Assembly: GCF_018977255.1 (NCBI RefSeq)
Contig: NW_024704742.1
Location: 135,410,001 to 135,474,000 of the forward strand
DNA: 64,000 nucleotides
DNA from: Callorhinchus milii
Lineage: Eukaryota
Direction: 5' to 3'
Shown here: positions 1-12,325 of the stretch, one piece after another
Position numbering within the stretch: the stretch's first letter is position 1
Layout of the letters: each line of letters begins with the position of its first letter
Notes under the pieces: model-generated
The model's database searches: none
What the model was told of the DNA's origin: nothing
What the model saw: the letters and a program-made list of their open reading frames with translations, nothing else
Program-made: the position numbers and the translations under genes

Positions 1-220
1 TGAAGCACTTTGAGGCGTCTCGATGACGTGATAAGGCGCTATATCAAATGCTAGGATGACCTTCCCTTTCTTTGCAATAATAACAATAATCCTTGTATTT
101 ACCTATATAATGTACAGTCACAACGCTACAATATTCTGTGAAGCGCTCCCACATGAAAGGCGCTGTATCAAGCGTAAAGATTATTATTATTATAATAATT
201 GGCATCTCTCCCCAGACATA

Positions 221-557
221 GAGTCCTGGAGGTTAGAGCACTCGCCTCGCAAGCAAGAGTTCGATTCCCAGGCAGAACAAAACCTTAGGCAACTTTCCTT
301 ACTCCCCACACACACAAACACACACACACACACACGCCTCTGTTTAACCAGCAGTTTGTCAGACCCCGATTGGCGGATCGCTTTCCGGGGGGTAATAATT
401 CCTTCGAAAAAAGAGAAATAATAATAATTTGCTCACTCAATCCACGAGTGCTTGTGCGGGACGCTGCTGTGCGCAAAATTAGGTGCCGTGTTTCGCCCAC
501 AAAATCCACAGTCAGTGAAGTGATAAGGTGCTGTATCAGACGCAAGGATTATTATTA
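221..557 (+). mobile_element. SINE family A (tRNA-Ala-derived head, L2-type tail), diverged, with internal (CA)n
   Basis: gttagagcactcgcctcgcaag...gttcgattccc head, ccttaggcaa central part, caaggattattatt tail. Confidence 0.8.
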
Positions 558-2199
558 GTATTATACTGCAAGAGAACGTTTTAATTTGTCAGCCCGCTGT
601 TGAACCAGCCGTTGCACTTACTGAACAGCGTTCGGAGGGCACGCACCATTTTTTGGGGGGGCTGTAACTCTGCCTTTTGTCACGGGAAGCGAAGCAAATT
701 TACTGCGCTGGGCAACAATAGTGCCCCTTCATAAAGGAGCGGGGGGGGGGGGGGTGGGGTATTTGCCGTGACCTTCGGTGCTAATTTACGGTGAAGAATA
801 AAATTCAGTCACTGACTTCGCGGCTGTCTTGCGGGACTGCGGCCGTGGGCAAAATTGTCTGCCGCGCTCGCCCACGAAAAAAAAAACGCCCATAAAATAC
901 ACAGCGAATTCACTTTACACTGTATCCTGCGAAGCGCTTTGAGCCATCTCATCCACGCGAGAAAGTGCTGCGTCAAACGCAAGGACTGTTATTACTTACA
1001 GCAAACGACGACGACAGCAAATTGGGTTTAGATGGGGCGCCTTTCACGTCAGGAGGACGTCCTTTTCACAACAAACCCCGCGAAGCGCTTTGAGACGTCC
1101 TCCTGACGACAAAAGGCTCTGCTCCGTGAGCAAGGATTACTATTTACTGTTATCGTTAACGATTTGAAGGGGGGGGGGGGGGGGAAATGTAAAATTTGTG
1201 TACGTTTCTTTTGTTTAGAAGCTCTCTTTCCGCCCAGTTTTTTTTTTTTTTTTTCGCCATTAAAAACCGTCGTCGCCTTTGCATTAAGCAAATTCCATTC
1301 GGGAGCGGGTCAGGAAGCTCGGAGCCAGCGTTTTGTTTTGCAGAAAAGGCACGGTTGGAAAACAAAATAAGCTCAGGCGCTCTTATTCCCTTTCCCCCAC
1401 CCCCCGAATTCTCTGCCCTTTCCACCTACTTTTCCTCCTTCCCACTCCCCCGCGCTCCCCGCCCCTACTTTCCTGCATTTTTCGCTATGATTGCCACGTT
1501 CCTCGAACGATAGAGATGTCTGTGCGACTGTGGTAGATTTTCCGGCTGCTCCCTGGCACTGAGTGACGCCTTGTCTTTCGAGTAGAGCTGAATAAAGAAA
1601 GGGAGGGGGAGAGAGGAGGTGAAGGAGAGTGATGGGGAAGGGAAACAAATTTAGTTCTTGTTAAGTGACTGAACTTGTTTGCTGTCGAAACGTTGTGGGC
1701 TTTTTTTTCTTTTCTCTCCCCCTCTTTCTCTCTCTCTCGCCCTCGGCTCTCCCCCTTCCTCCCCTGCCGCCTCTAATCATTTTTTTTTGGCGCGGGGGTT
1801 TCGAGGGAGAGGAGGGGGAATTTGTTCAAAGGAGGGGGAAATTATTTGTACCCACTCGATACGGCTTAATTGCACTTTTGCTGAAGGGTGAATGAATAAC
1901 AACAAGAAGTTGCATTTAGCCAACAAATCCCCCAAATAAAATTGGTCCCTCGCTCCATGACTGTTGGTGGGACACTGCTGTACGCAGATTGGCTGTCCGC
2001 TTTTCACCCACACAGTCACTCTACAGTATATCCTGTGAAGCGCTTTGAGCCGTCTCAACGACATGAAAAGGCGCTATATTAAATGCAAAGATTATTATTA
2101 TTTATGCAGCGCCCTATAACATGGATAGCATCTCGGAGCGATTAGTAACACGTGAAAGTAGATCCGTGACATTACTGCAACCAAAAAATACACAGATTG

Positions 2200-2450
2200 A
2201 CATTTAAACAGTGCCTTTCACGCCGGGAGGCTTGTAACAATCTTGGCTCGGTGCCCGAACTGGGGGTGGGAGCAGAAGGGGGTGGTGCTGGGGGAGGGGG
2301 CGAGAGGAGTGGGGAGAGATGACGGAAAACGCAGTCAAAAGAGGAGGGTATTGAGAAGGACCTGGAATGAACTGAGGGAAGATAGCGAGGGAGTCGGACT
2401 GATGGCGTTCCGGAGAATGGGGGCAGAGAGGGGAGAGCGGTACTACAGGA
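2200..2450 (-). mobile_element. L2 LINE 3' fragment
   Basis: Reverse of L2 3' UTR and ORF end (gaggagggtattgag; ttccggagaatgggggcagagagg). Confidence 0.65.
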
Positions 2451-3235
2451 GGGGAACCGTTGCAGTTGGGGGGAGAGTGCAGTTAGCAAAAAAGTTGCTG
2501 CTAATTTTTTTGGGTCAGCTGGGTGTCTGACACATGCAAAAACCCGTCAACATGCTTAATTAATTGCTGCTTTTTAAAAAAAAAAGTGCAGTCTGAAGTG
2601 GAATAGTGCGGTCGATGATGTTGATATGTTTAATTAATATGTTTCCGGACCTCCACTCCCGCCCTATTTTTGTTAACAATTGACTGGAAACATTTCTGCT
2701 TTTATTTGTTTTCTGAATTTGTCATCTGGCATTTCTAATTCCCTCCCCAACCAACACACACACCGTCAAATCAGCTGATTGAGGGACATTGCTGCGCGTC
2801 AGTTGTCTGCCCGCGCTTCGCCTGCAGAACGGACGCGTGGAAAGGAAAAAGGAGCAAGTTATGTCAAATTTACAATATCAGTTTTACACATCACATTATA
2901 AACTTGAACTTTCCAGTAATGTCTACAGTGATCCCCGGTGGCGGAGTTGGATGGCCGGCCAATTTTGTTTTAAATTAAATAATTCCACTTAACATTTTTT
3001 TCGTAAGCGATGAAGCTTATTACACACCAGGGAGCTTCTTAATATGTAGCATTAGCTTCTTAAACTGTAATATTATTTATATATATTTTAAGAATATACA
3101 ACAAATTATATTTATATATTGCCTTTCATGTCAGGAGTATATATATATTGTATATATATATATATATTAGTGCCTTTGGTGGATGTCCAGTATATATACT
3201 ATGTATATCCTGAATTATATATAAATATATATTTA

Positions 3236-3354
3236 TATTTTGCTCAGCCGAGTGTCTGACACACGCGGAAACCCATCACCGTTGCTTAAGAGTCTCCAAA
3301 CCAAGCTGAGCAATCTCTGCCTCATGGAAATCCCAGAGATAGATGGTTGGAATG

Positions 3355-3395
<41 letters not shown>

Positions 3396-3560
3396 GGAGG
3401 GACACATCCTGTTTATTAATTCCAGAGAGTATTAGGCGCAGGTTGGCAGGAGCCAAGGCTTGTGTGTGTGTGTGTATGTGTGTGTGGAGTGCGGTGTAGG
3501 GGGGGGGGATGACCCCAGAGTGTGCGTTGGGGAAGCTGCTGGAGTCTGAAACGTAAAATT
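3236..3560 (-). mobile_element. Family C repeat copy with expanded (CT)n and (TG)n
   Basis: tgctcagccgagtgtctgacacacgcggaaacccatcaccgttgcttaagag matches the reverse of 23250-23305. Confidence 0.78.
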
Positions 3561-4444
3561 TAAGCCGGGTAATTGCAGTGAGTGAAATGTCTCTCTGCCT
3601 TTCGGTCTCTTGATTGCTGGTCAAGTTACAAGCGTTGCAGCCCAGGCTGGCAGATTGGGTCATTGGGATTTTTTTTTGTGTGCATCTCAAGTACGGGCTG
3701 GGTTGGGGGTGTGCTTATGTGATAGAGAGAAAGAGAGAAAGAGAGTGAGAGAGAGCAAGTGAGCGCAAGTGAGCGTGCATGCGTGCACACGCTCGCACTG
3801 CTCTGACATTACTTGCCCGAAGGCGTTTTAACATTCCAGTTTAACACCTAATCACGCAGGCGGGGAAAGAAAACCTTCTCCGAAGGATAATTGTCCCAAC
3901 ATTGAGTCGATTTTGCCAACTTTATCTCCACGTACAAACGCACACCACGTACCCACACACACACACACACACCATAGACACAAACACCACACACACACAC
4001 ACACACACACCAGACACACACGCACCACATACACACCACACGTATAGAAATAGTTGGGAAAATTCCTAACAGTTTTGTGTCTGTAAGTGTTGTGATGAAT
4101 AGATTTTTGCTATTACAAATGTCTTGTGTGGACAGGGGGTGGGGGCGCCTGGGAGGGTGCAGGGGTGGGGTGGGGGGGGGGGCGGGAAGTGTTGTGCGGG
4201 TGGGAGGGAGGGATCTAGCTTGCCCGCCTGCTGGCATTTCAATAAGATGTGCGCCCTGTGTAGGGAAGCCCTTATGCTTGATTCCTGAATTTACCAGTAA
4301 CAGTGCTCGCCTGTCTTTTGGCTGGTGAGAATGATTCTGTGACAGCTTCTTGGCTAACCCCTGATATTGAGAAAGACCATTAATCATGTCTGCATTCCGT
4401 CCGCCTTCCCCCAAACCCCCCCCCCAACCACCTCCAGTCCCCCT

Positions 4445-4684
4445 GCTTTCTCTTTCGCTCTCTCTTTCTCTCACTTTTTCTCTCTCACTCGCTTTCTCTC
4501 TCGCGCTCTCACTCCCTTTCACTCTCTCTCTCTCTCGCTTGCTGTGTCTCTCTTTCTTTCGCTCTTGCTCATTCCTTCTCTTTCGCTCGCTCTTTCGATC
4601 GCTCGCTCGCTCTTTCGATCGCTCGCTCGCTCTTTCGATCGCTCGCTCGCTCTTTCGATCGCTCTTTCGCTCACTCTCGCGCTC
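4445..4684. repeat. CT-rich tract containing a 20-bp CpG-rich tandem repeat (gctcgctcgctctttcgatc, ~4 copies, 4585-4660)
   Basis: Direct reading. Confidence 0.9.
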
Positions 4685-6483
4685 ATGGCGTGTAAAATGG
4701 GAAGCAGGGAACAACCGCACGTAGATAACTATACACACTCTCAATAATAATGCCTTATCACGTCACTGAGACGTCTCAAAGCGCTTCACAGGATATACTG
4801 TCAAGTGCAGTGACTGTACATTTTGTAGGCGAAACAAAATAATAAACCTAGTAATAATCCTCCCTCTTGTTATAGCGTCTTCACATCGGGAGGACGTCTC
4901 AAAGTGCTTTGCAGATTATATTGTAAAGTGTGTGTATGTATGCGTGGAGAGGGGAGCTGGAACGAGCTGTAAAACACACCACACACACATATACACACAC
5001 AAGCAAGCACGCACAGCTCTTGGTTTTAGTGCATCGACTCCAGTCTGTATTCTCAACGAGTATTTGTGTGAAAGTGGGAGCTCCAAGCTCAACACAGCAA
5101 AGATCAGGGGTTCTGTAAAGTAGTTAGTAGGAATTTGCATTCTTTTTCTTCACTGGACCACTCTCTGATTGAATTATAGCACCGAGAGAAAGGGAGATAG
5201 TGGGATGGGGGTGTGGAGGGAGAGAACGAGCGAGCGGGGGAGTGAGCAAGGGAGGGCAGAGAGAGTTGAGGGGCAGAGAGAGTTGAGGGGCAGAGAGTGA
5301 GAGCGAGAGAGAAAGCGAGGGGATGTGGCGGGGGGGGAGGAGAGCAAGGCGGAGAGTGTCAAAGCAAATGCATGCCTTATTATTGAAACAAACTGATTGG
5401 GTAAAAGTAAGGCCAAAACTGCTGTGAAGAATTTGCTGACCACAGTAAACCCCCAGAAAATACACAACCGCCCCACACTTTGCAGGAAATGATAATATAA
5501 TAATAACAATAATCCTTACATTTGATATAGCGCCTTATCACGTTGTCGAGACGTCTCAAAGCGCTTCACAGAATATACTGTAAAGTGCAGTGACTATATT
5601 TGTGGGCGAAATGGGGCAGGCAATTGCACACAGCTGTGTCCCACAAACAGTCGTGGAGGATTGTTGGCCAGGACACCTTGTGCCTCTCACAACAACTGAG
5701 CAATGGTGTTAAATATTTCCCTGAGCGCAAATATTTCGATTAAAAATGACATGGTTTATAAATAATAACCAAAACATTTTATTAATCTAATAATATAATA
5801 TTATATCAGCTTCAGGTGCCCAGCCAGTGCTGTTTAAGTATTGCTTTGGGACATCCTCCTGACGTGAAAGGGGGGCTGATATAAATCAAAATTATATAAT
5901 TGAGGCATCCTCCCAACAAAATATACAGTCATTACACTTCAAGATAAAATTTGGCACTTTGAGACGTCTTGACGATGTGATAAGTTGCTGTACCAAATGC
6001 AAGGATTACTGTGATGATTCTTCATATAAAGTGTAAATTGTATTGTGTGTGTTTATATAGGAAGGTACTAATATATATTGAAATGTCCTGAAGCATAATT
6101 GCTGTCGGGTGTAGTGACTGCATGTTTGGATACAAACGGCATGGGTGGTTAGAGGAGACATAGAAGGGACCTCAGTTTAATGTGTTCATCCGAAGAATAT
6201 GCCTCTAACAATGTAACCCCTTTCCATTGACAAGACAGTCTAGTCTGTGGGCTTGAACCTACAGTCCTCCTTGTGTTTGATAGTGTCAGCGTAGACTTGT
6301 GGACTCAGAGTCTTGATGTAGGGGTTGGGGGCCTTCTGACTTGGAGGCGAGATCGCTACCAAATGAGCGAGGCTGACACACAAGGATAAAGCAAGGAGCC
6401 ATGACATCGAGTGTTGGTTCTATTCTCATTTCAATGGATGAATCTTTTAAATGAGGTTCCCATATATTACGACTGACCTTGTT

Positions 6484-6865
6484 GGGTCCTGTAGCTCAGT
6501 GGTCAGAGCACTCGCCTCGCAAGCGAGGACCCGGGTTCGATTCCTGGGCAGGGCGAAACTTTAGGCAAGTTTCTTTACTCCATACGCCTCTGTTTACCTA
6601 GAAGTAAGTAGGAACCCGGTTGTTAGTCGATTGGCGGATCACTATCCTGGAGTAATAATCCCATCAAAAATAAAGCTAAAATAGTAATTCGGTCACTTCA
6701 ATCCACGACTGTTTGTGGGACACTGCTGTGCGCAATTGGCTGCCGGTTTCGCCCACAAAATATACAGTCAATTCACTTTATGGTATATTCTGTGAAGCAT
6801 TTTGAGACGTCTCAATGATGTGATAGGGCGCTATATCAAATGCAAGGATTATGGTTATATTATCA
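6484..6865 (+). mobile_element. SINE family A, near full length
   Basis: Pol III A box (tagctcagtgg) and B box (ggttcgattcc); anticodon arm ctcgc-ctCGCaa-gcgag (Ala). Central ttaggcaagtttctttactcc...ctgtttacctag segment resembles CORE/Meta-type domains. Shared 3' tail. Confidence 0.9.
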
Positions 6866-8309
6866 TTAACTGTTGGACATCCAGAAGATTGGTGTGAAGG
6901 CCATTATTTTCATGGCAGATAATGATCCGTTGCCATGTTCGATGCCAACATCATCCGTAACATGGATGGAGTCAGTGAGGAGGAAGTTACTGGTATTGTT
7001 GGACTCTGCAACAGAAAATAATCATTCATTGTGAGAGAGAGTGTGTGTGTGTAAAAAAAAACACACGCAGGGTAACAGGACTTTGTGAACACTATGTAGA
7101 GTATAAACAGGAGGCATTCTCGCACTCATTTGCACGTGATAGAACTTGCCAAGGGGGGAAAAGATGAAAAAGAGTCCCAAAGGGGGAGTTGGTTTGACTT
7201 GTCACTCACCATGTGCAAACAGTGGGGGGGGCAGAAATAAACAAGATAAACAGGATGCCATTACCAGCCCCGATTCCCCAGCGATCATTCCCCAAACTAC
7301 ACAGCAGCGACACGCTCCACTCAGGTCGCAGCTGAACCTGCTGAGTGATGTTCTGGTCCCTGTGACAACAACACCAGGTGCTTTGCAGCCCAGGACCTCA
7401 AGGCAGGTCAGAGCAGATCCACAATGCTGATGACCCCTATTGTTATTAAGAGGGTTGGTTTGAACTAATGTGAACCGAACGACTGGGCAAGCGAGGGAGG
7501 GTGTCACCGGTTTTGAAAGCCCTTCCTTCAGAAGAGACTTTATGATAAAACATTAAACAGGATTAAGAAAGATTGAGGCAGATTTGGCAAATTGTTGTAC
7601 AGAGACTTAACTTGGAAGCCATTTTTTCCTCAGTCTCTTATAAGAAACTCAACAACGCAATGCATTTTGTGTGTGTATGTATGTGGCGACCTTTAGACGA
7701 GACATTAAAACTGAGGCCCTGTCTTGTTCCTGTCCAGGTGGATGTTAAAGATCTGCACTATTCCGGGGGGCGCGGGGGGAAGAGAAGGGAGTTTCTAACC
7801 CGACCGATAATTCCACCAGATAAAATTGGACATTCTCTTCATGGCTGTGTGTGGGACTTTCCTGCGTGCGAATTGGTTGCCGGGTTCGCCTACAAAATAC
7901 ACGAGTCGCCAGATTTTATAGACAAATCCCATGAAACACTTCCGAGGCTATTCTCCCCCTTGTGAAAAGCACTGTGTAAGCGTGCACTGTGTTGTAATTT
8001 ATGTTGAACGATTCCTATATTAATAAAGAAAAAAACATGTCTCTGAATTGAAGACTCCATTTAAGAGTTTGTCAGATCTCTAGAGGCTTTGAAATAGCAA
8101 CAGTAATAATAATAACAATAATAAAAATAATAATCCTTGCATTTGATGCAGCGTCTTTCACGTCAGGTGGTCATCTCAAAGCGCTTCACAGGATATAATC
8201 TAAAAGTGGAGTGACTGTGTATTTTGCCGGTGAAAGCGGCAGCTAATTTACGTACAGCAATGTCTACAAGCAAAAAATCAAGTGAATGACCAGCTTAGAA
8301 AATTGGCAG

Positions 8310-8465
8310 TCAGGCTTTCTGCCCACACCCATTGGAACTCCCATCTCCCAGTCCCTTCTCCTCGCCCCCTCCCTTGCCTCCTTCAAGGCCCATCTCAAGA
8401 CCCTCCTCTTCAACCTCCTAACCCCACCACTCCCTGTCCTCCACCCCTCTCCTGTTCCCAACCCA
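8310..8465 (+). mobile_element. L2 LINE 3' fragment
   Basis: LAPSLASFKAHLKTLLF motif. Confidence 0.8.
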
Positions 8466-9159
8466 ATATATGGGGGGGGAAGAATTTCTACCCAGTAGTT
8501 TCCTAACAGTCTGGGGTTACGGTTTGCTTAACCAGTCTATTAACATCAGGAAGGCCCAAGGTAAACCCAGCAGGAGATTCAATTTTCCGCTGGTTATTGC
8601 GAGCGTCTGAGATGGCTGCTGGTGTTAAGGGTTTTGTTTGTGCTTCTGTGAACATTTAAGTCCATTAAAAGTGCCAAATAGTGCTACACTCCGCCGTATT
8701 TGTTTGGCTAAAGCTGCGTCGAGGAATGATTTAGCTGCAATCACCAGAACATTTGCAACTTTTTATTTTTTTCCCGGGATCGTTTGCAATATGCTTCTCT
8801 GGGAGTTATCTCCGGAACAATACATCAGGGACTCGCAAACCTTTCCTCAGGCGGGGAGATGCCATGATGAGGGTTGGGCTGTTTTGTGTGTGCCTATGTG
8901 TGTGTGTGTGTGTTTCTGTGTGTGTATGTCTGTGTGTGTTTCTGTGCATTCTTGCCTTTTACTCAACATGCAGTTAGTTTCAAAAATAATTAATAATTTT
9001 GTCAACTTCAATCCACGACTGTTTGTGGGACACTGCTGTACACCATTGGCTGCCGCATTTCACCCAGAAAATATACAGTATATTCTGTGAAGCGCTTTGA
9101 GATGTCTTGAAGACGTGATAAGGCGCTGTATCAAATGCAAGGATTATTATTATCTTTTT

Positions 9160-9860
9160 CTCTTCTGTTTCTGTCTGTCTGCATCTTTGTCACTACGTCT
9201 GTCTATCTCTATCTCTCTGACTCTCTCGTCTCTATATCTCATTTATCTCTGTGCCTCTTTCACCCCACCCACCCCTCTCTCCCTCTCTCTGTGTGTCTCT
9301 CTTTCTGTCTCTTTCTCTTCCTGTCTCTCTTTTGCCCCCTCTGTCTCTCTTTCTGTCTCTTTCGCTCATTCTTTCTCTCTCTCTCTCTGTCTGTCTGTCC
9401 CTCACTATCCCTCTGTATGTATCTCACTCATGTGTGACTATATATACATATATACATTATGTATGTGTGTGTATATGTATATATCTCACTATCTCTTTTT
9501 CACACTCTGTGTCTCTGTGTCTCTCTTTATATGTCTCTTTCACTCATTTTCACACTCTCTCCTTGTCGCTGTTTCTCTCTTTATATATCTCTTTTTCACA
9601 CTCTATCTCTGTCTCTCTGTGTCACTGTGTCTCTCTTTATAACTCTCTCACTCTTTTTCACACTCTATCTCTGTCTCTCTGTGTCACTGTGTCTCTCTTT
9701 ATATCTCTCCTCACTCTTTTTCACACTCTCTCTCTCCTTGTCACTATTTCTCTCTTTATATATCTCTCTTTTTCCACACTCCGTCTCTGTCTCTCTTGTC
9801 GCTGGGTTTCTCTTTATATCTCTCACTCTTTTTCACACCCTATCTCTGTCTCTCTTTCCA
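9160..9860. repeat. CT-rich low-complexity tract with degenerate ~60-bp units
   Basis: Recurrent tctttttcacactctatctctgtctctctgtgtcactgtgtctctctttata. Confidence 0.9.
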
Positions 9861-10469
9861 AAACGCTTGTAAAGTACAAATGTTTATGTATAGTTTTGTT
9901 CTTTTTCTCCTCGTTCTCCCTCCCTCCGTGTGGAAGATCTTGAGTCCTGTTCCTGCGGCCTGCTGTTACCCCAGCTGCGATCAGCTTGTTTACTCACTGA
10001 GGCAATGGGGGAGCTCGGTGCCTTGGTTAGTTTCAAAGCAAACAAGTTTGCTTTCGGGCAAAAGAGAATTCTTTCCCCCCCGAACGCAGCAAAGTAGAAA
10101 CAATTTTCTAAAGCTCAAATCCCATGAAAATTCCTGCCTCCAGACTATTCAATCCGTCTCTCCAGGAGCGTACCCTTCCCGCTTTCTCCCTCTTTTTCTC
10201 GTGAGGTTTGCGATCGAGGCAGAGCGGGAGGGAGAGGAGAGGAACCTAACGGAAATGATTATCAACTGATAATGGGTGGCGTCTTCAGAATAGAATAGTC
10301 TTCAGAATCTATGGGTAAAGCTAACATAAGTCTTATCGGTCCGGACCATAACATTTAGTATGATTTCTGCAAAGACCGAGTTGCGGGCAAACTAGAAGTC
10401 GTAGGAAATCCGATTTAGTCGATAATCTACACTGCGCCTGTGTGATTTAACCCACTTCATTTAATGTAA

Positions 10470-10503
10470 ATGCTGCACATGCAACAGCTTGTCAGTGTAG
10501 CTG
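10470..10503 (+). CDS. Candidate alternative first coding exon of TCF4 (MLHMQQLVSVA + G, phase 1)
   Basis: ATG CTG CAC ATG CAA CAG CTT GTC AGT GTA GCT G is followed by consensus donor gtaagt at 10504. Phase 1 matches the exon 4 acceptor, there is an in-frame TAA just upstream, and it lies in ~570 bp of unique sequence. No transcript evidence. Confidence 0.35.
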
Positions 10504-11969
10504 GTAAGTGAACATTCAGCCCCTACGCTTCCTGCAATTCACTGTATCTTCACCGGCAACACACACGCGCCCACACATGCACATACACGCACATTCGGAC
10601 ACGCACACACCACCTCCAAGTTAGATAACATTACGCTATTATCGTTGTCCTTAAGGAGCCCTTGGTCCGTAACACTGTCGCTCCTTTCACTGTTTCTCTT
10701 GTCCCAAATGGTTCTTTTTGTTGTTGTTGTTGGGGCTGAATATTTTAGAGCGAAGGGAGGTTGTTTCCATGGCAAGCCCCAAAGTGTTCCGGATTAGAAA
10801 CGCCTCACCTCCCAGTCAGATGGATGTGGGTTCAAGATCCTCTTTGGAATCCGCATTGTCTCGGCTGATACTCCAGCCCATTGCTGGGGGGAGCCCTGCA
10901 TTGCTGGGAGTGCCAGTCTTCCGATGAGATAATAATAATCCTTGCATTTGTCATAGCGCCTTATCACGGCATCGAGACGCCTCAAAGCGCTTTACAGAAT
11001 ATCCTGTAAAGTGAAGTGACTGTGTGTTTTGTGGGCGAAACGCGGCAGCCAGTTGCACACAGTGGCGTCTCCACAAACAGTCGTGGGTAGAGTGACCAAT
11101 TTTTAATAATTTTAATAATTTTTTGATGATGATATGTTAAAACCGAGGTCTACCTCAAAGAGAAAGGAGTTTCTCCGTGTGTCCTGGCCAAGAATCCCCC
11201 CCCCCCCCCCACCCCCAAAATAAAGTTGGTCATTCATTCCAGGGTTGTTTGTGGGACGTTACTGCTGCATTTACCTACAAAAATACAAAGCTTTGGGAAG
11301 TCTTCACGATGTGAAAGGCGCCGGACCAAATGCAAGGGTTATTATTGTTGTGTTTTTCTTGCCTCGCCAATGTAAGATTTTTTTTGGCAACAGCCGTAAA
11401 ATCCGAACGAGATCGCTCTGAAGAGGTTTGTTCAAACATCGAGATGGCGGAGATTGTTCCACAGGAAGCGAACAGTCACGTGTGTCTAATAAGGCAAAGC
11501 GTAAATGTGAAAACAGTACCACAGCTTCTCCTCACAATCGTGTCGCTCACAAAACACACGGTCACTACACTTCACCCTAAAGTCTCGCAAAGCGCTTTGA
11601 GACGTTTTCGAGCACGCTATGAGGCGCTAGGTCCAAAAGCACGGAGATCGAATGCGTTCATGTCTGCATCAAGATTTCCTATTAATAATAAGATTAATAA
11701 TAATCCTTGCGTTTGATACAGGGCCTTGTCATGTCTTCGAGACGTCTCAAAGTGCCTCACAAAATATACTGCAAAGTAGATTGACTATATTTTGTGGGCG
11801 AATTGTCTCTGCATTCTCCTACAGACCCGTGCCCCTCTGGCATTGGTTTAAGGCTCATTCCTCACTCACTTTGTCTGCCTGATGGTGGCTGAGCCTTCGC
11901 CCACTCTCCCCTCGCTCACAGGAACTCTCTCTCCCCCATCCATTTGCCTTGATCTTTCATCACCGTGCG

Positions 11970-12325
11970 GAGTGAGCTAACGGTCCAGACTGACTCTCCA
12001 GCAGGATTCTGGAGACGGTGGGGGGTGTTGGCAGGTGGGCAGAGCGTCGCTTTGTCGAAGACACCGTCCTTCGGTTGAGACGTTAAACCGAGGTCCCGTC
12101 TGGCTGTTCAGGAGGGTGTTATAGATCCTGTGCCGCTACTCGAAAACAAAGGGCAGTTTCTCTCTCCCGGTTCCTGGCCAACAATCCCTCAAATAAAATC
12201 GGTCACTCACTCCAGGGCTGTTTGTGCAACCGTAAAATCCTGTGAAGAGCTTTGAGACGTCTTGAGGGCGTGATAAGGAGCTCTGTCAAGTGCAAGGATT
12301 ATTAGTAGTAGTAGCAGTATTTTAT
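11970..12325 (+). mobile_element. SINE family B (Deu), 5'-degraded
   Basis: ccgtccttcggttgagacgttaaaccgaggtcccgtc core and tail. Confidence 0.78.

Noticed and set aside
3848..4747. 298-aa Arg/Glu/Ser-rich ORF and overlapping ORFs
   Set aside because: Built from CT, G-run and CA low-complexity tracts.
6484..6556. tRNA-Ala-like sequence as a genuine tRNA gene
   Set aside because: No proper acceptor stem or terminator; runs straight into a SINE body repeated many times in the window.
9097..9943. Ser/Leu-rich ORFs of 137-230 aa
   Set aside because: CT-rich tandem sequence; the same applies to 20588-21208.
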